DNA of 64,000 nt from Asterias rubens (lineage: Eukaryota), in assembly GCF_902459465.1 (NCBI RefSeq), contig NC_047081.1:12586001-12650000 (forward strand), written 5' to 3'. The notes below the pieces were generated by a model, which saw only the letters and a list, made by a program, of their open reading frames with translations, ran no database searches and had not been told where the DNA came from. Position 1 is the stretch's first letter. The number at the start of each line of letters is the position of its first letter. The position numbers and the translations under genes were made by a program. Shown in pieces: positions 39,138-53,461 of this stretch.

Positions 39138-40428
39138 CTTTGTCCATGAAAGAATGTCCCTTTAAGTTTAACTACCTAAACTCAAACCAGTGGTTTTGAC
39201 CAAATTTGCGCCACAACAAACATTGCACTTTTACTTCACAGTCACAATAATGAGACGTTATTACTTTGTGATAGTATCAATCATCTGAAGTTAGATATGC
39301 GTAGATCGATAAGCAGGATGGTTTTAATAATCCAATACTCTGCAATAGAATTTAATCAATGACTCTGGTCTTTCTGGATGAAACGTTGGGAGAGTGTTTT
39401 TCAACTGTTTTGCGTAATGTGGTAGACGGGAGCTACATGTACGAGTTTCTTTCATCGATATAGCATAATATAGGTAGAGCAAGGTGATTCATCTACTGGG
39501 TCGTTGGACAACTGTTGTACTCGTTGCTCTATGTTGAGATCAGAGTGAGCTGCATTTCAAAAAGTCTGACAGTGTGTAGTATTCGGCCTGCAGTGTGTTG
39601 TGCCTGTGGTATCCCATCCATTTGTTATGTCCAGACGACGTCTACTGCAGCAGCCTGTGTCCATCGCGGGGTGTCCTGTCGGTGTTTTTGGAGTGGATCG
39701 GTGTTCACAATATCGTCTTCTCCTGTGCTAATTTAACATAATGACAGATTTACGAATCAGTTCTTGGATCCCAGTTCTTCAGTCGAGATAAACAAAACTG
39801 GGTTTGAAATTTAACTGAAATTATCAAGAGTCAAATGGATCAAGGTCCTTGGCTTTGTCCTACCTCCATCACGGGTGCGTCGCGCAGTCTATCCGAAAAA
39901 AAGGCACGATTGTCTAGCGCCCTCTAACGTCACTGGTTTGACGCAGAAATCGGAGATCTCCACCTGAATTTTTGTTGTTAATATTTATTATTGTGATAAT
40001 TGATTTAAATATATTGGGTAGAATTTAGTATTGGTTTGCTGGTTTTTCGTTCTGCTTTATGTGACCCAACTACAATGTGTACTAAACAATATCTATGCAA
40101 AATAACGCAGGATGAAAAGTGGATGGCGGCCGTCACGCACTTTTTTCTTCATTGAGCAGACTATGGGCCATAATCGACAGTCCCCCACCTATATCTCACC
40201 CTAAGTCTTTGTGTCTCCTTATTGTCAATTAAGATTAAATAAGGGAGGGAGACTGCCAACATATAGCTGGATAGCTCGACAGTTGGTAGAGTAAACGATT
40301 CTTTGTTTTCAACCCCAAACAATAATAAAAACTTTACTAGGTTCCCCCTGTGATAAATTAAGAGGGAAAAAGAACATTGGACTGATGATCAACAACAGGT
40401 TATCAGGGCAATCACAACTTTAACAAAA

Positions 40429-40688
40429 NNNNNNNNNNNNNNNNNNNNNNNNNNNNNNNNNNNNNNNNNNNNNNNNNNNNNNNNNNNNNNNNNNNNNNNN
40501 NNNNNNNNNNNNNNNNNNNNNNNNNNNNNNNNNNNNNNNNNNNNNNNNNNNNNNNNNNNNNNNNNNNNNNNNNNNNNNNNNNNNNNNNNNNNNNNNNNNN
40601 NNNNNNNNNNNNNNNNNNNNNNNNNNNNNNNNNNNNNNNNNNNNNNNNNNNNNNNNNNNNNNNNNNNNNNNNNNNNNNNNNNNNNNNN
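40429..40688. other. Assembly gap (260 N)
   Basis: Run of N between RSAD1 upstream DNA and the NF-kB 3' region. Confidence 0.99.
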
Positions 40689-40966
40689 AAAACACAGTAG
40701 GCTACAGTGTATTAGTATAATTTTAACATAAACCTTTCCTTTTTAGAAAATTTATTAATACAATAAAATTAATAAAAAAACATTTTGAGAACAGCATAGG
40801 TAATTTTTATAGGAACAAATTGAGAAGTTCGTTCCATCATCAGTTCTGGAAACTAACAAACACAACACACTAATCAAAAATCCACAAAATACAACACTAT
40901 TGAAAACGTACTGATTCCCATTTGAAGTTATACATGTACTTTGGGAAACACAATCAAGATGGAATT

Positions 40967-41334
40967 TTAAAGGCAGTGGACGCTATTGGTAATATTACTC
41001 AAAATAATTATTAGCATAAAACCTTACTTGGTGACGAGTAATGGGGAGATGTTGATAGTATAAAACATTGTGAGAAACGGCTTCCTCTGAAGTGCCTTAG
41101 TTTTTGAGAAAGAAGTAATTTTCCGCGAATTTGATTTCGAGACCTCGAAATCAACCATCTAAATGCAAACAACTTCGTGTGACAGGGGTGTTTTTTTCTT
41201 TCATTACTATCTTGCAAGTTTGATGACCAATTGAGCTCAAATTTTCACAGGTTTGTTATTTTATGCATATGTTGAGATACACCAACTGTGAAGGCTAGTC
41301 TTCGACAATTACCAATAGTGTCCACTGCCTTTAA
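40967..41334. mobile_element. TTAA-flanked Kolobok-like non-autonomous element, intact copy 3
   Basis: ttaa|aggcagtggacgctattggtaat...attaccaatagtgtccactgcct|ttaa, near-perfect TIRs. Confidence 0.85.
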
Positions 41335-42360
41335 ATGTAAAAAAATCTATTCGAACCACAATGGATGCTAAATTGGAACTCATGCGACATTACATTGTCA
41401 ATCTCACCATTACATTGGCAATCTAGAGACACAAGAGACCAATCACCTCCTATGTAATGTGATACAAAGCAATAATGATGTTCTTAAACAAAAGATGCAG
41501 CATTTTGCACAACTTGTCCAAGACTCTTTCATAGGTAGTGATGTACACAAATCCAAACTAATATGATTTAAACTAGAGTGTGTTTGGAGGCTACACATTG
41601 TTCATAAAACAAACAGGTTGATAAACAGCATTGAGCCTATTATGCTTTCACCAATGCAATTCCCATCACAGCCATCTCCTTTACTTAACAATGAGCTAAC
41701 TATCACCATGTTTCTGCTTTAAAGTGAACTGTCCACAAAATTAAAACAAGCAGTTCCTAAAAATATGTTCTGTTTAAATCCTTCTTGACGACTATCAAAT
41801 AGATTGAAAAACAAGTATTTAAGAAACATTTCTTTATGGCTAACAAGGCTTTACAAAGCTGGTACAATAAAAAGATCCCTGCACTAACAAAGTAGTGCTC
41901 CCTTTTGTTTCACTGATGCAATGACAATAAAGCGACAAACATTTACATTTACAAACATAACAGACAATGTCCTGACGACAGTTAAGCCGAAAATTTTTAT
42001 GATATATGTTGCAGACAAAATTCTGTAAAAAATGTATCTTCAGAAAAAGAAAAAAAACCTATTACACAAGGAAAATATTCCCAAAAATCATTCTAATCTT
42101 CCAGCGTTTTGCTATGTTTCCCACAGTTATTTTCTGATAACAAAAACAGTTATCTTAAACACCTAGTTAGAAATTAAGACGTTTCAAGTTCTTCAACTAC
42201 ATAATACCTTAAGATTTAAACCGATAATACAAAGTAGAATATCTCACTTTAATAAACTTCACAAGGCATTTACGAAGCACTATGTACAACTATACAGTCT
42301 TTTGGGGAAACAAAACACCACCTATTTTTGCATCAAATTTATTTCTTAACACCAAAATAG

Positions 42361-45300
42361 CTAAACTTCAATATTCCTGGCATCCGACTGGTTGAACTGA
42401 TTCGTCATACATCCACGGGACAAACCAGAATCTCCTGTAATCTGCATGGATTGAAGGGAGGATGCCAGACCGGAATCGTTTTGAGTTGTACAATCCAAAT
42501 CTTTGGGTAAGGGATGAGCAGCTATAGAAAAAAAAATTATCAAATAAAAATAATTGGATTACAATGAAATGAGTTGAAAGGGCTTAGGAGCGAGCAGAAA
42601 AACCTGGTAAAAAATTCAGGTAAATAATTCCTTTTACAAAAATCCTACCTTTTTTCATTGGCTTCCTTATTTCTGCAATGACGTTAATAGCGTCTTCACG
42701 ATTTAGACCTTTGAGAACTGAGGTGAGCTCCGTGATAGTTCCATCCATGGCCTATAAACCCACACAAGTGTTAAACAAAAATAATAAGTTACAATAGGAA
42801 ATTGTTTCCACTATTAAAATTTGTCATCATTATTAGTTCACTCAACAATACTACGCATCAAGGTAGAAGTGGTGCAGTGAACATACTGGAGAACAATGGT
42901 GCATTCTCTTCAGCCGCGTATAGCATCTATTTAGACCAAACTGCAACCAAGTTGCTGGCTTTGTAGTGTTAGATTTGCTTTCAACATGTTAAAGAATACA
43001 AATTTTACTTACTACGTATCAGTTCAAAAAGTTTATATAACTGGGGTTTGGTGCGCTGATGTGATGATTGCTAATGGTGGAATGTTTGCATGAACTACAT
43101 GGGTGTTTTGAGCAATGAGTGGCATCCATAGTGCATTATGCCATTAATTGTCTACCAGCTAACTTACCTCATACTGGTCAAGCAGTATACTTGTGGGGCT
43201 ATCAAACTGCTTTAATTGGTTAATCATGTTGCCAAGGCCCAAGTGGTCTGCAAGAGACAACCAATCCCTGTGGGGTTTTATCTCATCCAGGAGCGACGAT
43301 AATTTCTGACGAGTTAAGGAATCCAGGCGATTCAAATCTCCTAATTAGAGGAAAAATAAATTTAAAAACAATTTGAAGTAACAGTTTGATTCAACATATC
43401 AAGATAAAGGATCATTCAGTACAACCAGATTTGTGACTACTGTGGTGAACATAATGAGATAAATCTTGGAACTGCCAACCTACCTGTGGGAGTGAAGCGG
43501 AGGCTAGTGCTTGATTTATTTGCAGTAGAGGTGTAGGAATCAGACATATTGGTCTTAGAGGCGTAGGAACCAGAAACAGCTGATACCAAACTCTCTTCAA
43601 ATCTAGGTGTGGATTCTGACACTGAACTGGATATGTAGTCCTCACCATTCAAAATTTTCAACATCTGTGGTACATTTAAAAAAGACAAGAAATATGTGAA
43701 AATTTCAACAAATTTATTCATCCTAGCCATTGTCTGTTTTTAAATGATTTTAATGTGTCAATGTTTTTACTGTATGCAGGGATTTGAATTACCCTTTGGG
43801 ATCTAATAAAGATAATGGCATTGTATTGTATTAACAATAATACAACATGTAGACAAAACAAGTTTTGTCATTTCTGAGAATGTGGAAAGAGTCCTTACCC
43901 TCTCAGAGCATGCCAGATCCACTGATGTCTTGCCACTAAGTATCTCATTATTGTACTCGTCTTCAAATATCTCCACATGTCCTTCATCAGATATTACACC
44001 AGTCTCCCCAGCCATCTCGTTGGAAGAGGTGTCAAAGTTCTCAATGCTTGGTTCTGCTCCAGCACTAACCAGAACTGCAGCAACAGCAACGTAATCAAGG
44101 CTGCAAGCAAGATGAAGTGGGGTATCACCAGCAAACGTCTGAATGTGGATATCTGCATCTGCATCAGCAATCAGGTATCCAAGCAGTGAGAAGTTTGCCT
44201 GCTCCACGGCGTAATGGAGGGTGGTGCGACCACTTTTACCATCCTGGACAATGAGTCGTTATAGAATGGTATTTAGGACAATTCAACTTACAAAATTATC
44301 AATTTAGTATTGGAAAACTTACTGAGGTTTAAGGTTATACTCGAAAAAGTAGGATCAAACTATACATTAATTGCACCTACCTGAACATTAATATCAGCTC
44401 CGTTTTTCACCAAAACTTTGAGGTTCTTCAAATCAGAGATCTGAACTGAAATGTGTGCTGCAGTGAAGCCTAAAAAATGGAGAACAAAATAATTGATGTC
44501 AAATTTATCATAATCGTTGTTAATACATCCAGCAATAACTTTATTATGAGGTCTAAAGCAAAAAAGATATTAACTTTATATTACCATCAAGATTCTTGAG
44601 GTTGATTTCAGTAGGGATTGGATCAATAGAAGCGTTGGACTTTCCAGGAAGTGGTTCCACCCCTTGGACTAAGACCTCTGTTATATCACTAAGACGATTA
44701 TGAGCAGCTAGGTGGATAGGCATACTCCCGTTATGATCCATGATGTTTGGATCAGCTCCACAACGGAGAAGTAACTCTACAATGTCAGGCTGTTCTGTGA
44801 TTACAGCAACATGCAGGGGCGTCTAGGGAATAACAAATGAAAACAAAATGGAATTCAGTTTCTGAGGGGGCCAGGTCATAGTTTTCATTGTTAAATCTTG
44901 TAATCCGCGGCTCTTTCTGGCCGACACCAAATCAAGATGGTATTGAACATGTTGAATGGTAGATAAACTATGCAAGCCTGCAGTATGATTATAATGTGGT
45001 TAAAACATCTACATCAGAGCTTACTGAACCTTTTTTTCTGGCTGTCTTATGAAACATTCCGGATTTGCAGCATTATTTTCTTACCTGATGAAGTTTGTTG
45101 TGATGATTAATGATCTTCTGATGAGGAATGCTGATAATGACATTTAAGAGTCCCAAAGCAACGTCGTATTTCTTGTGGATAATTGCCAGATGAAGAGGTC
45201 TACGATGGAACAAAATATGAAATAAAACTGTTACAATTTGGAGAGTATCATTTTAAAAAGTTTTTTTTTTGTGAATTCAATTCAATTAAATTTCAATTAA

Positions 45301-47828
45301 ATTCAATTCTTTATTTATCATGCCCAGCATGAACATCACTTTCTCGATTTGCACATTAAAAATACAGTTATTAAAAATAGCACAAAAAAATACATGAACC
45401 GTAGAAACTAAAACAGCAACAATATATTAAAAATATCACTTGGCACAAATAAATCGTTTCTAAAATACACTGGAATTAAAATATACATAAAAACAGAAAA
45501 CAAATAAACCAAGGATGACTTGAAAATGAATGTGGTTTGGGTGGATCAAACAGTCTGAAATCAGGCAAGTAAAGAGGAGGAAAAGTGGGGTAGAAATAAT
45601 TCAATAGGGTCTTAAAAACAGCACACCACCAAAACGTAGAGCTTCCCCAAACCAATGAAAGCAACTTACGTGTCACCATTCTCATCCTCCACAGCAGTCA
45701 GGTGCCTCTGGACCGCTAACAGCATCTTCATATCAGCAGTGATTGCAAAGTCACGCAATGCACGAGATGTACGCTCAGCAAGACGCCAAGCGAGGGATTC
45801 ATAATCCAATGGAATATCATCTGGGATAATATCAATTAAAACATTGATGATCTTTAAGTCATTAGGATAGGATGTCACTCAAATCATTTATCCCTGGTTC
45901 AACCATAAGCTTGGATGTGAAACACAATTGCACAGAGGTTTTAGGTTAAATGGTTTCTGACTGGCATCTCATTGATAAAATAAAAAGACTGCTAACAAAG
46001 GGCTAGATAGCTCAGTTGGTATAGTGGCAGCAAATTTAATCTGGAGGTCGAAGGTTCAAAACATGTTTTACTAAATTTGTCTTCGTCATTATCAATAACT
46101 ATAATTGTAAATAATATATCAACTAAGTGTAATTAAATTTGAGAAATGAAAATACCTGGACTGACTGACAAACAGTGTTTAATTTGTTCACTTTGTTTTG
46201 TTGGTAATATGTATTAGTGCTATGTAATTATCTTGACATAGTATACATTTTTTCTTCATTAATATCTAAAAGTTAACAACTGAAACATGTATTCCAGACA
46301 TAAGCCATTGTTCTACTTACCAGTCTGCACAGAAATATCTCTGGCACTTTTTGCTGGTTCAAAAGTGCTAACTCCAACTCCACTCTGCACACAGGATTCA
46401 AATCGCCTGACAGGGCCTTTTGTTGCATCCTCTGTTTTCAGGAGGCAAACAATGTATTTTGATCACAAAATAGTTCTTTATATAGTTTTATCACACAAAC
46501 ACCGGACAGGCATCTCAAAGCGCTAATTATTTGTGTACCAGGGGGCGATTTCACTAACGCGTTTTGGTCGTCGCAAACGCCGAAATCTATCGCTAAATCT
46601 AAAATCCATCGCAACTTAGCGATGGATTTTTAGCCGACGATTTCATGTAAACTTAACAATGAATATACTCGTCGCAAAGTTTTATTTAGCGATGACAATC
46701 TTGCGATGACATGTTAGTGGTCGCAAAGTGAAAGTTCATCGCAAACTTATGATACATTGCGCTATTCTGTGCTTATAGCTATAGCGGTGTACGTTTTAAC
46801 ATAAAATGAGTGGCGCTACATTATTTTAGTCTTGCGGTCTTTTACCTGGTAGACTCAGATTGCTGATGACAACTATCAGCGACGGAACTGCAGCAAAGAG
46901 CCCCTTAATATCGGTAAAAAGGAGATACTATATGGGTTCGATTATTTTAACCATCATTTTTAGAAAAAATGTGTAATGTATTGGCAAATTGACAGTGTGA
47001 AGCTTAGTATTATTAGACAGATATGTCAGAATTTTCATCAATCCCACCGTTACAACAGATTTACGAAAACTGTTTATTAAAATCTAAAATTATAATAGAG
47101 GCCATAGGCCTATAAATGCTTTAACCCTTTGTAAATGAATGCCTAAACATCGTCCACAATAGTTCGTATGCACCAACATGACAACGATTTACATATACCG
47201 GTAAACTGCACAATGCCATTTCACGACCGACGATTTTGTCGCGGGATGTCAAAGGTCACTACTTTTAGCCTCGTACAAAAACTTTATTTCCCTTTGCGAT
47301 GACTTTAGTGAAACGCAAAATTAGCGACATCGCAATTGCGATGGATTTGAAGTTTGCGATCTCATCGCAAGTGTGTTAGCGATGATCGCAAACATAGACG
47401 TTAGTGAAATCGGCCCCAGGTATGCAGAGCTAGAATTAAAAATGATAAGACCCATTTGCATAGCACTGTGTAATGATTTCCAAGGTGATGCAGAACCAAC
47501 CATGACAGGATATACCCCTTCCCTTTTACAGGTCTTGATTATTATTGTACTGGATTCTATTTGGTTCCAGAGTGCCCCACAGTTGAACAATGCTGGAAAG
47601 ACCCTTTCTCTAAAAACTGTAATTCAAAATAAATCCCAGACACATACCAAGTATTTGAGAATCTACTTCAAGATCGCTATCAATCTCTCTCTCCCCAATA
47701 AGAGTGACTGTAGGTAGAACCGCTGGTTGTGTGTCCTGCACCACTTCAGTCTCGCGGGTAATCTTCAAGTCTTGATCCTTTTCAAAGCTTATACCACGGC
47801 TCTGGAAGCCCGCACCCTGGTGATTTTG

Positions 47829-47870
<42 letters not shown>

Positions 47871-50800
47871 TTGTTGTTGTTGTTGCTGGATTTGCTGCAT
47901 GACAATCTGATGATGTTGATCTAAAGGATAAAAAGAAACGAGTCCCAACGTAAATGCCAAGTCTTCCGCGTCAGATTACTTAACAACATGAATTATTTGA
48001 AGGAACTTCTTCGCAGCCAAGTGGTTTACCGACCAATCATGCCATGACTTTGACCATCTCCTGTGCATGTCACCTACTTACTTTTAGTATGTTGTGCAAA
48101 GAAACAAGTGATACATTAGTCAGCATATGAACATAGCCGACTGTGTTACATCAAGAAGGTACTTTTTAGGATTGACTTACTTCTTTGTGCAATGTTTTGT
48201 TGTGTTGTTGCCGGTGCCTGGAAACTGTTATTTGATCCCCCTCCACGCCCACCAGTGAAATTCATATTAAGTGGTCGTTCTGGAGAGAATGGGTACCCTG
48301 ATCCACCTCCGCTTCCCCCTCCTGAGCCTCCGTAACCTCCCCCCTTGCCTCCACTTCCTCCCAAGAAATGTTCCTGGAATAATGGCAGGTCCTTCCTCCT
48401 CTTTCTCATGATACACTCTTTGTCTGCAAGAAAATTAATTTCAATTTATTTATCAATTTTTTATTTCAACAGATTCACCCAGTCAGTGGCAACTGCTGGT
48501 TCCCTTAGGTTCATGTCAACAAAAATCTTAAATGATGAAAGATCAAAACAAATTAATAACAATAATATATAAAACCCTCTGCAGGCCTAACTGAATTTAT
48601 AAAGAAAGGATAAAAGGTTAAAAACTAGTGTGCTGCAGAGTTTTTCAGCGTTGTGTTTCAAAGTGACTCATCACAAAAATAAAAAGCTTCAAGAAAAGTT
48701 TGAAAAAAAGAAGAAAAAAAACCCTTCACTATTACAGAAAGAGGGCATTCACAAAAGGAATTATAGGCCACGGACAATGCACAACATATGAACAAATAAA
48801 TCAACTGATTGATATCAATTACATAACTTGTATAACAAAAAATTCAATAAATTACTGTTATTCAAGTTGGTTTCACATTTTGTTTTCAAATCTGTTTGGA
48901 GGGATTTTTCAGGGCATTTCTCCCTTGGGTTGTATTTTCTATGATGTAATTTCTGATCCTGTTGCTTACCGGTAATCTGAGGGTGATAGGTGAATGGTTT
49001 AGGTTCGCTCACTTCCTTATCCGATCGCCTCTGAAGTTGAACTTGAACATGTGCTTGTTTGCTTATGTAGCAGTCTTTATATTTGGGTGTCTTGAAAACA
49101 ATCGCAAACTGCCAGAGAATCAATTGGAAAACAAGTATAAAATTGCAATTATAACTAGACAAGTGTTTGGTGCAAAACAAAAACTGAGGATTTGGGTTAT
49201 CACAAGATAAATAATTCTGAATTGAAAAAGTCATTGTGAAATTAATGCCATTTTCCCGATACACATGGCTGTTGTTTATTCCGATGCAATAATGTCAAGT
49301 TACATGTAAGTATGGAATCCAGAAATAGAACCTGATGCTTTACAGAGCTTAAGTTTACAGCTGATGACAAAGAAACATTATGAACATTCTCCACTAATTT
49401 TGCTGTAGTGTTGTAGTAGGGAATATTAACTTCGCATTTGAACTTCGCATTTGAACTTCCTCTTTGAAAGGGATGAAAGGGTAAGTTTGGGTTATGTGTG
49501 AAAGGTGCAGAGCATTTTACCAACGAAGTTGTTATAATCTTTAATTGACGAAGTAGACAATCTGAACACTCAAGACTCTCTCGAGTGTTTACAATAGATC
49601 CTTCTAACTTCACTCCCAACAAACCCCCAACCCTGTATAAAAACTCAACACTTAACCTCATAATGGTAGTATGACCGACACTAATCAGTGTGAAGCAAAA
49701 TTAGTTCACTAGTTAATCTCTCAGCGATTCCACAAAATCAAACAAAGAATGCAATTGGATTTGAGTCGAATTAGTGTTTATAAAAAGTGAATAGGTTGCG
49801 ACCTATTAGAGGCATTGCTTTAAAAGCTCAGTTTTTTCATTATTACCTACCTGTCTGTGGACATCTGTGGGCCCAAAGTCTGCATATGCCTCCCAAATTG
49901 TCTCCCCACTTCCGCTTGGGTTCATCTCAAAAAACCTCACATAAATGTCGTCCTTTTGAACTTTATCACAAAGCAGATATACCTCGTCATTCCCTGTCAC
50001 ACATCCTGAGCTCTTGTCCATACGGCAGATTTTTAAAGTTGTTGCACCAGGGGCCTCTGGTTAAGGGAGGGTTGAGAAAAACCAATTAGGCTGATAAACC
50101 TTGTCTGCATCAATTCTGAATTTATTTAGGCCATATGGTAGAGAGAACCAGTTGTGTCCTTTAACTATCTACACTAAGTAATCTATACATAAAGGATTTG
50201 AATTTTTTTATGGGGGGGGGTGTAGTAGGACCATTGGAAATAAGATCTCATGAGTTATTGTGGTTGCAAAATTCAACCAGTGGTGTAATAGCCTCAGCCT
50301 TAAAATTTGTGTGCTATAATTTCCTTTCAGAAGAAACAACTTTAGTAAACAGCTGAATTTCAGCACAAAGTATTCTTTAGCAAATTAGAGTGAACTACAT
50401 GTACATGTACACATAAAGTCACATTGGGTGCTTGATATGTGGCATGGTGTACCTACCCCCCCCCCCCCCAAACCATTTGTTGTCTTCATTATGGTGTTAG
50501 GAGTTATTTACAGATATGTCCGGGGGGGATTTCTTATTTCTGTACATGAGGTGAAGAGTGTATTAAAGAATAGAAAAGTTTAGTGGCCACATATCATTAG
50601 AAATGATAGTCATATTGATTAAACTACAATGAAACTGTAAGCTTACTGCTGTCAAAGATGGGTAGTGATGTGACAGGAGCCAGAGGACGCGTGTAATGTC
50701 CCTGACTGTCTGGAAGGTAGGCTTGAAAACACAAGCACACCTTAGACAGATCCATCTCCTTGGCCATTTCCTTGGCTTTCTTGGCAAGGGCTGGCTCAGT

Positions 50801-53209
50801 CTCAAGCAGATGCTGTGCTCCAGGTACGAATCCCTTATCACCAAGAAAAGTCCTATAAAGCTTCTGCTGTTCACGAAGACGATCTTTCAAGACCCTCTCA
50901 ACATTCTTGCGAGTTACATGAAGGATGCCAAGGTTTGGAAAGCTGGAATAAAAAACATCTCTAATTAAGGACTGAAACTTTGTTTGACATTAGGGAGAAG
51001 CTAGTGCCAGACAATTTAACACCTGAGGAATATTCTTGGGTTTTTTGAAGGGGCATTGCCATCTTTAATCCGAAAAGACACGTTATTGGTAAATCTAAGA
51101 AAATATAAGAAACTGTTGAAGAAGCTTCAAGACAAAGACCTGGGCAAACAGAGGCTATGTCCTCAAGATAATTCTAGGCTAACATACCTTGCAGTCATGT
51201 CTGTAGGTCCGACCTGCACAGTGCATGATCCATCAGTGCAGTGTTTGCCAACGATGCTATGTGCATGGGGTTTAGGTAGATCTTCACTGGTTACCAAGGA
51301 AACAACAATTCTTGCTGGTCCAGTATAGTTAAGTATCTACCACACACACAACTAAACAGTTAGCTTTGAATTCTTACAAATTATTGTATTTTGACTGATT
51401 TGTAAAAAAAAAAATGATAATAGCATCATCACTATCTTAATAAACGTTAATGCTTAATGCTTTAGAGAACCCTTTACCCAAAATTTCCACTCATACTGAA
51501 AGTTTCAAACTGTGGTTGGTTGGAACAATACCCCATTTGAAGTTGTTTGGACTTCCCCGGTTCTCACCTCAACTGATGGGAAGGTCTTCTTTCCTCTCTG
51601 GCTATGTTGACCCGGGAGACCACCATGTGATGGCCCTTCGCAGTCGTAACGGAACCGAAAGCCACGCTGTATGAGTGGTCAAAATAAAGAATCAATTTTC
51701 AACAAAGTGGCTACATGTAGGCTTTTTGTTTTGCAATACAATTTGGTTGATAAATACACTTACCTAATGATGCAATACCACAGGGTCCAATCCTGCTTTA
51801 AGCACAACAACCAGCTAAATAAGCCTATGGTTTAGACAATTTTTCTCCACAAAACTTTTGAGTCTGATTAATTGTATCTTTCTTTTGGCCCTAAATCAGC
51901 ATTACATTGACAAAAACCAATCTGCATGTTTGACCCTACCTTTAACACAAAGGTTTCACATTATTTTGATACCCCTATATATGTACATGTTCTGAAATCC
52001 CCAGGTTCCTAAACTCAACTCTAAAGTAAAGAGTTACATTGTATGTAGACCAAACCGAACCCTGTAGACGTAGATGTAGACCACGAGGGGTTACAGTAAG
52101 GGCCTCGTCAGAACATACTGCAGTCACCTTTGTAATAAACTCCCAATTCATTTGGAATCTGACAGTTCCTTGTCTAACTCTGTAATTGGTTATCAATATA
52201 TAATTAGCTCAGAATCAGGCATTATGAATATATAACTATCGGTTCCTTTTCCTGATTGAATTACACAAAAGTAGGATGTTTCATTCATTGCAAAGAATTC
52301 AAGGCCATACACGAACAAAGACAGACATCGAAAGAGGGTGAGGTAACTCTGTCTAAACCAAATCAAACCTAGAACATCATGTTTCTTTACAAAACTTGGA
52401 AACCCTGCGTTTAACCCACTCACCCATGAGCTTACATTATTATTACTATTAATCCATTTATTTCTTTTGTTGGTTGTTATTGTGTTATTGTGAACTACAC
52501 TGAGGCCATGCCATGGAGAGGATATTGGTGTTGGCCTTGATGCCCCTTTCTTTCTCATGAGATTTTCAATGCCAATCGAGGTGCCTCTTGTTCTTTACAA
52601 TGAAAATGGCCTTGTCCTCTCAAAGATGAAATTCCATACCAGCCGTGTACGTAAATTGCAGTCCATTATGGTAAAAACTGACTTTATGTAATTTTTGTAA
52701 ATTTGATGTAAAGGCCAAAATGAATTTCTGTCAATAATGAGGTAAATTGAATCATATATGTAGGCCTAGAGGCCTGTTACTGTATGCGAAAGGCACAACA
52801 AAATCTTTTGTAGGCCTACTAGGGCCTATGCTTTTAAAAGATTGTCTAAAAGTTTTCAAGTGTACAATCCCTGACTGAAAGGAAAGTCATATCCTTTGAT
52901 TATTGTTGATAGCCAGAAGTCTGAGAATAATTGAAAGATTATTCAAAATCTCAATGAATAAATGACTTTTGTTCAAAATACCTGTTTGGGTTGCTCTATG
53001 ATGCGGAGTTTGGGAGCAGAGAGGTCATTTAGCGTCTGTTGACTCGTTCCTGTCATGACCTCAAGTTGATGAAGGTCAGTTGGCAGAACAGATAAATTCA
53101 TTTCCGAGGATTGGTTTGATGCTCCGTTATTGTTTAAGAATGCTTGCTGTAACATGTCATTTGGGATCTCAACTGACTGCAGGGAATCAGACCTCTCCTC
53201 GTCTGACAT
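42361..53209 (-). CDS. NFKB1: NF-kappa-B p105/p100-type precursor (RHD, IPT, NLS, glycine-rich region, polyQ, ankyrin repeats, death domain, degron), about 1099 aa
   Basis: 18 coding exons totalling 3300 nt in phase: 52982-53209, 51568-51666, 51188-51336, 50647-50942, 49851-50056, 48970-49108, 48181-48423, 47648-47920, 46321-46431, 45670-45820, 45085-45199, 44585-44822, 44381-44469, 43899-44243, 43484-43664, 43168-43340, 42649-42751, 42361-42521. [71 protein letters not shown], ankyrin TPLHVAV / [17 protein letters not shown]. It is a pro-orthologue of NFKB1/NFKB2. Confidence 0.97.
46542..47416. mobile_element. PIF/Harbinger-like non-autonomous element (about 875 bp) in an NF-kB intron
   Basis: CAG|ggggcgatttcactaacg...cgttagtgaaatcggccc|CAG: TIRs with a 3-bp CWG target duplication; many subterminal tcgcaa/gcgat repeats. 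Confidence 0.8.
47826..47888 (-). repeat. CAG/CAA coding repeat, 21 Gln, in NF-kB exon 47648-47920
   Basis: 21 consecutive CAA/CAG codons on the minus strand. Confidence 0.95.
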
Positions 53210-53461
53210 CTTTTAAATTGGTGCTTCAAGTGTGACAAGTTGCAGTGTCACAATTCTGGATTGGCATTGGGACAAAACAAAACAAGTCTCTGTTAATATT
53301 TTATTAAAAAAAAAAACCCAGAAATGTTAACCTTTTTTTGCTCTTGTTCTTCTTTTCTAGTGCTGCAATTGAAGATAGTCCCACTGCTAGTAACCCTCCT
53401 GCTATCTGTGAAGCACCTAATTTAGGAGCACAGAATTCAAACTCTGGTGTTTCTGATCAGC

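Noticed and set aside
39350-39392. Possible second hammerhead (aatga-ctctgg-tcttt-ctggat-gaaacgtt)
   Set aside because: The CTGANGA core is absent and stem II pairs only through wobbles; too decayed to call.
49242-49661. 139-aa ORF on the NF-kB strand inside an intron
   Set aside because: No recognisable domain, contains a short tandem repeat (gaacttcgcattt), and the flanking exons join in phase without it.
52193-52558. 121-aa ORF in an NF-kB intron
   Set aside because: Low-complexity Asn-rich sequence overlapping a repeat fragment related to 35040-35150; no homology recognised.
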